Origin: Tubulanus polymorphus
Lineage: Eukaryota > Animalia > Nemertea
DNA: 64,000 nucleotides
Assembly (NCBI RefSeq): GCF_964204645.1
Contig: NC_134030.1
Coordinates: 9,451,222-9,515,221 of the forward strand
Reading direction: 5' to 3'
Shown here: piece by piece, positions 39,801 to 49,660 of the stretch
How positions within the stretch are numbered: the first letter of the stretch is position 1
Layout: each line of letters begins with the position of its first letter
Position numbers and translations under genes: made by a program
The notes under the pieces: model-generated
Database searches by the model: none
Told to the model about the DNA's origin: nothing
What the model saw: the letters and a program-made list of their open reading frames with translations, nothing else

Positions 39801-42429
39801 TTGACGTACACTATAAAACTGGTTAGCCAGCACCATAGCGTCAACGTCACTATATCGAATCCACGAGTACCGAATGGTAATATGGATTCAGGAAAGGGTT
39901 CTATACGTGTGGGATATCGCGTCCTTTACAGAAAAGTCGGCGATAAAGACTAGATTGTCGGAGCTACTGAACCACCAGCAAAACCGGGTGCCAGTACAAA
40001 TTTCATGGCTCCGATGCGGGATAAAGTTATTTCAGGGCTTACTGCAAACACACGGTATGAATTCACGGCCACGGCCCGGAAAATCGACGCTAATTTGAAC
40101 TCGATGTTGACCGAAGATCCTCTGAAAACCTATGTGCATACATTATGTCACGGTAATTCGCTTTTCGTTTTCAACGCATACAAATTATTCCGATTGGTAA
40201 TTAAGAAAATTCATTGTATTACCTACAAGTTTTTTTACTGATTAATAGGGCCACTAGTCGGTCCTGGGATTACCGGTCTGCGACAACAGCGAGAAGCTGA
40301 TTCCCCGTTGTTCAAAGTTTTCGTAGAATACGAGGTAAATGAAAATAATGATTCCAAAGTAATATATCCATTTTATTGAGAAACGCCTTCTTGAGGAGCG
40401 CTTAATTCAATGATGGTGGTATTTTTTTGGTACCATAATACGTTATCTAGTATTCTTAGTATGATTGCTGGTAGATTCAGAGTGGAGAGTTGAGATCGGT
40501 TTTCTCCGTGTTTGTCTTTTCAGACGATCACAGGGGATCAGCGACGTTGCGATGCACCAGGTACGATTTACAGAATTTTCATCCAATCAACGACGAACGA
40601 TACATGGATGAATGTCGGCCAGAATTACAAAATTTCCGGCCTAAAACCGTTGACGAAATATCGAGTGAAAGTCGGTATCAAGAATAAAGGAAATACTAAC
40701 TTCGTCTTCGGCAAAATTCACGAATTCTTGACAGGATCAGCAGGTGTTGCATTTTATTTCAAATATTTGAGTTTGTAGATGTTAATAAGATCATATCTAT
40801 GAAAGTAGGCTATACTTTGTCAAATACTTACTTTAACTCTATATTACTTATAATATTTCTATATCTACGTTTACTCACGATAATGAAGTTACCCATCTGA
40901 CGGCCGCATATGCACCATTCGGTCTGAACGTTACCTGGAAGACTCCCGTTCAACTTCGACATCTACGATACAACTTCGCCGGAAAGTATCGATTGATAAG
41001 CCGGTTAGCGTGCCCGAAAAAGAGGTTGACTGAAAAAACAAAAGGATGTCCATTCCCAACCGATATCAACGAATTAGAACTAGTCGAACTGAGGAGCTAC
41101 GCCTATTACGAGGTGACAATTACTCCTGTTTCGCTTAACGGCGAATCTAAAATGGAACGAGAATCAGTTGCATTTAACGTAACCACAAAACAGTCAGGTA
41201 ACTGAGTTCAGGGTTTGTCTAAATCAGCACATTTTTAATCATAATGTCACTACACAACTTTTTTCAAGCTCCGACTGGTACCCCTAGACCAGGCGACGTT
41301 TGGCCACAAGATGTGGGCTTATCGACGATCAAGGAGACAACTTGGGCGTCAGTCCGTTTCCACGATATATCGTGCGAGTCGAGAAATGGAAACTTCACCG
41401 GTTTCCACTACAAACTCTACGAGAAAACCTCCGGCCAGTTGGTTCGGGAAAACGTGACGATGGTGAGATCACTTTATTACATTGAACACTTGAAGCCGTT
41501 CACGATCTATTTGCTGAGCTACACCTGGACGAACGAAGCCGGTGAAAGTCCGCAATCTGATACCACCGAATTCAAAACAGATGAAACTAGTAAGTCACAT
41601 ATAACAAATCATAATGAATTACCATTTTTCCATCCTGCGCTGCGTTTCCCCATTAGTTTGAATGCCGTTTTTGATAATTTTCAGTAATTGAGATCTTTGC
41701 TGATCGAAATATTGTCTGAGGCTATCCTATCCAAAACTACTGTCTTGACGAAGAATGCCATGTTCAAGAACAATTCCAACAATTTTCTAACAACGATTTC
41801 ATTAGGCTAAACAAAAATGATACCTTGTTTCTCCGCAGCGGCCGGGTCATTCATGTGAATAGAATGTTCTGATTTTCATTTTTGTCATCATATCTGCATA
41901 GGCAACTCCGAGACCTAACTGGTGCAATGATATCATTGTACTATTTTCAGCTTTATTGGAAGTAAATATGAAAATAAACCCCGTTGATCGTAATGAGGAC
42001 AAATTGGACTTCACCGTCGATTTTACGCTCAACCAAATCCGCGGAGAAGTTCTGAGCTATGCCTTACAGTGCGGAGAGACGACCGGTGACGGCGTCAAAC
42101 CGAAAAGACCCAGTCGTTCATATTGGAGTATCGATAAAGATCCGAATAATTTACCTTTCAAAGTTTACAATTTGAAGCCCGCGACGTGGTACGGATGTAG
42201 GGTAAGTCAGCGTTGTAGCACCCTAAACCTTTGTTCATTTTAACAAGTTAGGCTGGGAGATGAAATAGGTCAGATACTTTGTAATCCAACTTCTTCCATA
42301 TTGTTTAGTTCAGCGCTTACTCCAGTCTTTACTTAAAAAACACATATATATTTCTTCTAGGGAAGTGCTTTGAGTAAGAAAGGCTGGGGTCCGTCCACTC
42401 CTTACGTCTACGTTTTGACAGTCGGTTGA
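36852..42429 (+). pseudogene. Array copy 5: full 12-exon structure with a premature TAG in exon 6 (pseudogene or truncated/alternatively spliced form)
   Basis: Exons 36852-36921, 37102-37287 (GC donor), 37880-38089, 38593-38811, 39127-39273, 39793-40152, 40249-40334, 40524-40743, 40889-41197, 41269-41589, 41951-42201, 42361-42429. Conserved Trp of DKDWIV is TAG at 39951-39953, after ~330 codons. Confidence 0.8.
38794..38947 (+). repeat. 77-bp tandem duplication spanning the exon 4 donor of copy 5
   Basis: tcggattca(a/g)gtatataggtacattcg...atatatgctt at 38794-38870 and 38871-38947, one mismatch. Confidence 0.9.
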
Positions 42430-42947
42430 ATTTCATCCGGAGCCATGAGAGGAAAATTGAGAGGAGGCAAATAGATCTGTCACACAACATTACCATATTG
42501 TCGATACTGATTTAATCATGTAAAACTCTATTCTAAAACTTATAAATACTTCTTTTTATTCTTAAACAATTATCATAATAATATAATACACATATATATA
42601 TACAGCCATTAGCTCAGCAACTAATAATCATTTACTAAATTTTTCCAGGAGATCCCGCCGTAAAACGCTTTACTTCTTACCCTGTATTCCTAACCTTTCT
42701 CGCGTTAATACGAACGAATCTTCGATATTAGAGTCCGATCATCGAAAAGAACGGACGATAAAACACATTGACACATATATAAAGTATTTACATCAACCGA
42801 CATCAAATCTTGTCTTAATAAATGTTTACAAATTACGCGGCAACGGGGATCTACGTTCGTCATAACAATCATCCGAAATGAACGACTTATAATTTTGCAT
42901 CAGAATCGAGACCATGAAGTATACGTATATGTTCGTATATTTTCGTC

Positions 42948-43178
42948 AGTCAGGGCGAACTCCTGTTTTCGTAGCTGGTTGACTAATGGTCCAGAACTAA
43001 TAACCGAACGAACTTAGTTCGGTCGTAACGTATTTCACAGTGTCGGCCATCTTGAACCTAGGTCCGAGCTATTCCCGTGGTCGACCATTTCCGGACCATA
43101 GTTCCGATTAACTGACATCCGGTTTTGCTTAGTTCGACTACAGTCGACTAACCCCGATAACCGAAGTTCGCCCAGACG
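42948..43178. mobile_element. Degenerate MITE-like element
   Basis: Imperfect terminal inverted repeats gtcagggcgaact / agttcgcccagac, with weaker extension to gaactaa/ttagttc. Confidence 0.35.
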
Positions 43179-43910
43179 TAAAGAACCAACTGCGGCAAGT
43201 GACGATGCGGGTTTACTCTATTTACTTCGGTATAGATCGATTAATGATTTATAGTTACCATGGGGACTATCAATCGTTCGCTGTAGACTGGTAGATCGAC
43301 CGTTCACAGGAAGGATTATTATCGTTTAAGGATGCATGGTGATTTCTTGTCGTCCTCGAGGAAATATCGCCAGTTATATATTCATAATTCACTATCAGAC
43401 ATTCCGTCGTGTTTTTCAGATATTTCTAACGTGTATCCATGTGATAAGAGGCCACTCTGAATTTCATCACTTTGAGATAACTGGTTAATGAGGGGTAGGA
43501 GTGGGGCGGAGTTAAAATTTTCGAAGTGTCCTTCAAAACGTCAGTGTCAAAATTAGGTCAAAATTTTGCGAAATTTGGATACGATTTTTCGTGTTTTGTT
43601 TTGTGAAAAATCAAAAGATTTATTCAGGTAATCGAAAAATTGAATCTCGATAAGATCTGTCCTTTTTCCATAGAAAAGTGTCCCGTTTCACGGGGAAAAG
43701 TTCTTTCTTGAAATAAAACTGCCGGCAAAAAAGCTCGACACAGGCCTGGCAATCACCTGCAGACGGCCATTAAAACATTTCTAAGCAAAAATTATAATTC
43801 AATGATTGGTAATAAATATGCGGACGGGAATAACACTGTCGTTCGTTAAAAACATCGTTATATTGCATGTAATTTTCAGCACCAGAAGAATAGTCGGTAC
43901 AAAACGGTTA

Positions 43911-45827
43911 CTAATAGAAACCAGGGTTCGTGTGTTCGATGATACACCGCTTACAGAACCGTTTAACGGCTCTGTATGCTTCCACCGATATGTGGCAGTC
44001 TTGGACGTTAAGCTGTTGTAATCCCGGGCAACTATTGGCGAGCATGATCACTCCGCGGTCCGTGATACCGTCGCACGATTTCAAGCTGAGCTTCTTCAAC
44101 TGAACGCAAAAGTCGCCGAGTATGCAAGCCGTCGTCGGTGACGTCACACTTGCCGACGTCCAATGAGCGGAGGCGCCTGCAGGAATGAGCCAATTGGACG
44201 ATGGAATCGTCGGACACCGCCTCGCACCCGCGGCAATTCAGATAGCGCAGTTTGTAACAGAATTTCGCTATGTACCGAACTCCGACGTCGGATATTTTAT
44301 CACATTTCGCAATACTCAAGTAACGCAGGCTGGTTTCTAACTTCGAAAGTTCCCGTAGGCCGAAGTCCGTAATACGGCGGCAATCGCTGAGACTTAGTTC
44401 GCGTAACATGGTGCAGTAGTTGGCGATATACTGGACACCGATGTCCGATACGCGCGTACAGCGACGTAAGTACAGGTAACACAGTTGAGTACAATGGGAC
44501 GCTATGATGCTCAGACCGCCGTCCTCCAGATCCACGCAATCGCTCATATCCAAGTAGCGCAGGAAGATCTGCTTGCTTCGCAACGGCGACGCTTGCATCG
44601 AGGCTTCTGGCGTTAGACTGATGCAGGTGATCGAAGAACATCCTGAAATTTGAATCAGAAGCGGTCTTAATAATATTTGATAGGGATGATATGACGTATT
44701 GTTCCAGTTGAATTGAGTTCCTAAAAGTGCTGAATATTGAAGTGTCAAATTCTCTTTAAAATTTGGTTATATTTTCAAAAGGACAAACGGGTCAAACTTG
44801 ATGATAAGATAATATAGTTCTACCACAGTTCTTAGTCTAAAGAGACTTTTTAGACTGTAGAAACCACCCGATATATTTCTATATTTTATAGTCATTCATT
44901 CATTTATTGTGGGATTTTACACTTATTGTCTCATCACGGATACGGTGATCAACAACTGATTCATTCATTTGAATATTCTAAAAGACTTGCACTCACCTAA
45001 TAAGTTCAAGTGTTCCAAGTTCGTACATTTCGACACGACTTCGAAAATGGCCATGTTCGTTATATTAGCACATCCCAGTAGGTCCAGATGAGTTATTTCC
45101 GGGCATCGGTTGGCGATGACTTGTAGCCCTTTGTCGGATAGTTTAGAGCAACCGTTCAAGTTAATCCGGTGAATGTTCACGCACACGAATGGCGTATCGT
45201 AACTCAGCCGATGAGTTAGAACTTTCAGCGCCTTGTTTATGTCCACGGAGCTGTCGTTGACACGTATCGAAGTCCACAAAGTAGGATCCCAGGCCAGGCC
45301 GTACCAGCGCCGGCAGACGCGCGCGCACCGACACACCTGCTCGGTTGGCAAGTTCGAGAATATACCCAGTATGATGTCATCGGGTAAGAAATCGAACGAC
45401 GAAAATCGTATTTGTTTCTTTTTGCTCGGTTTAACCGTTCGTTGCTGTTGCAGGCCCTCGTACTCTTTGTTGGACACGGACGATAGATTACCACTCGAGT
45501 AATCGGACGGGGTATCGTTCATCGGCGACACGGGGGAACTCGTGTAGAATATTTTCGCCTCGATCGGGTATTTCGGAGCCGGGATTTCGTCTTCGTCGAC
45601 GTCGTTATCGACATAGTCGACGGAAGCGTCGTTGCTGGCGGAAGTGAAACGCGCGCTCTGCTGGTGATACGGCGGTCTCCTTTTCGACGACGATTCGCCA
45701 CCTGGCGGCGTTTTGCACGGACTTCTCGTGGCCATTCTCGGCGGACTGTAGCATACCGGATTCGTGAGGTCGGATCCGACTCCGGAACTCGAATCCCCGT
45801 GCGGATTATCGAAAGGTTGGATATCAT
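43911..45827 (-). CDS. FBXL7: F-box/LRR-repeat protein 7, frameshifted near the C-terminus in this sequence; 5' end may be incomplete
   Basis: Exon 45827(or ATG 45735)-44997 has the F-box LPDDIILGIFSNLPTEQVCRCARVCRRWYGLAWDPTLW and ALKVLTHRLSYDTPFVC. Phase-1 GT-AG intron. Exon 44642-43911 has GCSSITCISLT..RYLDMSDC, LYLRRC, and ends CKRCIIEHTNPGFY*, the recognisable FBXL7 C-terminus. The frame changes at ~44124. Confidence 0.92.
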
Positions 45828-46738
45828 CTGAAAAATGCGAGAAGATTCACAATCAGTGATTTTTAAGCCCTTTTCGTATTGGGAAAGATCATAATACATA
45901 GGGTTTTAAGACAGTTGAAGGAATATCACAAAATTAGATAGATTTTCGTGACAAAAATTCGCACAAAAAGAAGGCTTCGAAAATAAGGAGATTTCTCATC
46001 GGACATCCCGTCGACATTGACATCAAGTACCGGCAGTGGACTCCCAGTGTTTTGCGTGACATGTGCGTGTACGCTAATTCACTCTCTCTTGAAACGACAG
46101 GGGCCGAATCAACATATGGCGTGAAATGAAAAGCCACAGGCTATGAAATACGAAAGGCTTCGAATTTCCGCTACGTGACTTTTCAATGATGAAATCGCAC
46201 CCAACAGTTATATATCAAATGCCCCGAAACATGTTTCGATTTTCGACACATCGAAGTCGTGTTCTTCACACGATACTTCCATCTGTTTTTCAGCGCGTGA
46301 AAACAATGATACTTCATTTTAAAGAATGGTTTGCCTTCGGTCGCTCGGACTTCGCCGCTAGGCGGCTCGCTAGTCGCAGTCTCTTCATTACGTTTTGTTA
46401 GCCACCCCATTTGAAAAATCCTAGATCCGCCCCCTTGGGGGTTGGGGGAGTGCCACTCCGGTTCTCCATGGTTCACGTTCACCACAAATCCTTCCTTGTT
46501 AAACTCGACCCAGATCCAGCCTGTCCCCGTCCAAGTCCATCAAGGTCGAACTACGCTTCCTCCTCAGCTGAGCTCGTTTCACACCCAAGTCATAGAAGAT
46601 ATTCAATAGACCCGAATCGACTACACCACAGGAATTGAGAGAGTTAGCCCTGACAAATAATGACTAAAAACTAGAAAAATCACCACAATTTATTTTGATC
46701 AATATGATTAATTTTATTGATCACGTGATCTTCACAAT

Positions 46739-47991
46739 TTAGAACATTGGATGGTCTGTTCCCGTAACACAAGCACCTGTAAAATAGAAACAAATGAATC
46801 TGTAATCGAAAATACAATAGAAATTTATTAGACACCGAATATTGTTTAGTTACTGGCTGTACCTTCAGCTGTGCCCGTAAATCCACTAATAGCAGCCATT
46901 TTTAATTTTATAATTCGTTTATTCGTATCGAATATTACACGGAAATGTCCCTTTTTGCTCATTATACCGTATTGACCAGTACTTAATCCATATATCATCT
47001 TTAATGGTGCTTGATGGCGTTCCTTGAATCTATTTCTCGGTTCAGCTGTTTCTATTAAATCAGACAGTGATATCATCGATAAACGTATCTGATTCTAAAA
47101 ATAAATACATATGCAATACTTAACCGAACGTGGATAAAGAGGGGCGGAGGAGAGGGGAGGGATGGAGGAGATGGGCGGCGCGGAGGAGAGGGATGGAGGA
47201 GAGGGGAGGAGGAGAGGGGAGGGGAAGGGCGGAGGAGAGGGGAGGGATGGAGAAGAGGGGAGAGAGAGGGGCGGAGGAGAGGGGAGGGGAGAAGGGTGGG
47301 GGAGAGGGGAGGGAGAGGGGAGAAGGGCGGAGGGGAGGGGAGGGGGTTGAGGCGGCGTAGATATTTATAGCTTTACTTACGAATCTAACTTCGCCATCGT
47401 TGTGAATGATATAATACCAAGCATAGCGATAACCACGGTAGGATGATGGTGGATATACTACTATATAAACTGCATCAACTTGAGGATTTCCCGTTTCTGA
47501 GTTTATATTAAAGCGACCAAAAATAGTCACCTGATATCTCAATCCGGGTAGCTTTCCAACTCGTAAATCATAGAAATAAGTGAAGTCGGTATCATTAGAT
47601 GTGTATAGTATCTGTTTGCCAGGTCCGGTTGCACTTTTCACTGAACAGTAACTGTATGGAGCTGTAAATATAATTAAACCACACTGTTATATAGAAATAA
47701 ATCTCTCCCCATCCTCTCTCCCTTTCCTCATTCCCTCCCTCCTCTCCTCTCCCCCTCTTCACTCTCCTCTCCTCCTGACATTTACATGATAAAAGTTGAA
47801 CTACTTACTGTTAGCAGGAACCTCCAACTCATACGTCTGCGATGAAGAATGGATCATTAGGAATACGGTCAATAATACTAACAAGCATCTCCTATTGTAA
47901 TATTAGAATAATAATAATAATAATCATGTTCAATTTGAAATGTTATCATTATTTAATCTATATCCATCACTTACCCGACAAGGAACGACAT
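46739..47991 (-). CDS. Small secreted protein with a single divergent VWD (von Willebrand factor type D)-like domain, 5 exons, 216 aa
   Basis: Exons 47991-47975, 47891-47809, 47661-47381, 47094-46863, 46776-46739. All GT-AG, phases 2/1/0/1, 651 nt open. MSFLVGRCLLVLLTVFLMIHSSS is signal-peptide-like. C-terminal FRVIFDTNKRIIKLKMAAISGFTGTAEGAC resembles the VWD end motif V.FD...I.V....Y.G...GLCG. AATAAA follows the stop. The domain call is by eye. Confidence 0.72.
47139..47352. repeat. GA-rich low-complexity tract (G-quadruplex-prone) in intron 3 of the VWD-like gene
   Basis: Repeated ggaggagagggg-like units. Confidence 0.85.
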
Positions 47992-48831
47992 GTTTGTAAT
48001 CTCGATCTACAATCATTTGAATTGTCTGAAAGTTAGCCGAAAGTCTGAAACTTAACCCGAGAGAGTGTTGTCATCATTGACGCGATATAATATTGTTTAT
48101 TTACTGTAAATAATTATTGCATCCTGATTAACGAATAATAACAGTATGGCAGCTGCTGCTTCTGCTGCTGTTGCTGTTAATAGTAACAGGTTTGATCATC
48201 GATGAACATTGTTATATCACGTGATACATTAAGGACAATTTCGATACAAAACGGTGAAAACTGTTCTCGTTCTTAGAAATTCCAAAGAATAAAGTGTTTT
48301 CCTAGCAATTTAATTGAAATTCTTAATATACAAACTGTTAGACACAGGATATAAATATTGACTCGCCCTCACCACCCGTCGGCTAGGGATCAGTTATTGA
48401 TCGCCGATCTTACTGTCAACCTGCAGCCGTATTCATTAAAACTTACTAACTATAGTTTCTTATGTGGGGGGTTGAACCCTATCTGGGGTTTTAACCCTAA
48501 CCTTTCTTATGTGGGGGAGGGGGGGGAGTTGAGGCGGCTAATGCAACAACGGATCAGCGGGATCGATTCGATCTGTGAAATAACTATTAACAGTAAATAA
48601 ACAATAAGATCAAGCATCAATAGTTGCGCTGATACCGGTGACAACAGCTGCAATTCGACCAATACATATCATATGATTTATGTTTGGATCCCGGGTTCGA
48701 GCACAACATCACAGCGGTATTAGTTCCCAGAAAATATTCCTAAAATTATTTAAAAAATTCGAAATAGCACCAAAAACGGTACCGTAACTATAGCCCCAAT
48801 GCTAAGGGGGGGTCCCCAACTCTAACCCTAA

Positions 48832-49660
48832 AGGCTGGCTTATGTCGACAAGCAACGCGACGCCTACTGACTCCTACCGACTCCTACCGACGCCTACCGA
48901 CTCCTACCGACGCCTACCGACTCCTACCAACTCCTACCGACGCCCACCGACTCCTACCGACGCCTACCGACGCCTACCGACTCCTACCAACTCCTACCGA
49001 CGCCCACCGACTCCTACCGATTCCTACCGACGCCTACCGACTCCTACCGACTCCTACCGACGCCTACCGACTCCTACCGACGCAACTGAGAGCAACCGCG
49101 ATTGCAGCCCAGCTTATGTCGACTGCGCTCCGATTCGCAGCAACTGAGGCCGACTAGCGGGATATGAGATCCTCCCAGTTGCTTCCCTGCTTATGTCACA
49201 CCATAATTCTACCAATTTCGCTTCTAGATCTTCGGTCCAGTCATCTGCCGTGCTGAAGGTTTGGTTTACGTTTCGAAATTCTTGAATTTTGAAAGTTTAT
49301 GACTAATTACGAATGACGCTAACTAGCGGTGATAATTTGTACTATGTATATGCGGTCTCTTATTGGCTGGAACCCTTGCGCTCAGTTCCGTCACGTCGCA
49401 GATGAGCTTATTTCGGCTGCGATCGAAAACAACTGTTGGCCTACCGTAGGCCGGAGTAGAACACGGGCAACTAGCCGGATACGGCTTGCGACGAGTCGGT
49501 AGGCGCCGGGTTGCCGTCGCAAGCCGGCTTAGGTCGAACCGATAGAGCAGCAACTGGCGGCCTCTCGTAGGCCGCTATAGTTGCCGCTAATGTGCGATAA
49601 ACCCAGTTGCGTCGGGAGGAGTCGGTAGGTGTCGCGTTGCTTGTCGACATAAACAAGCCT
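48832..49660. mobile_element. PIF/Harbinger-type MITE with internal 10-bp tandem repeat
   Basis: TIRs aggctggcttatgtcgacaagcaacgcgacgcctac.. / ..gtaggtgtcgcgttgcttgtcgacataaacaagcct. TAA on both sides (48829-48831, 49661-49663). About 22 x C(T/G)CCTACCGA at 48861-49080. Confidence 0.85.

Noticed and set aside
1557-42429. One giant gene with repeated domain blocks, or a receptor tyrosine phosphatase/kinase
   Set aside because: Each unit has its own ATG/signal-peptide exon and its own stop-containing last exon. No TM, PTP or kinase exons appear in the window.
47130-47360. Gly/Glu/Arg-rich ORFs (also 57267-57712 and 60784-61023)
   Set aside because: They are translations of low-complexity GA/CT repeats. 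The 47120-47641 ORF is real only for exon 47661-47381.
48091-48606. 17-bp inverted repeat tattgtttatttactgt / acagtaaataaacaata upstream of the VWD-like gene
   Set aside because: It is short and AT-rich with no target duplication, so I cannot distinguish a TIR or forkhead-site pair from chance.
48842-49147. Repetitive PTPTDSYRRL protein
   Set aside because: It is the translation of the 10-bp repeat inside a TIR/TSD-bounded MITE.
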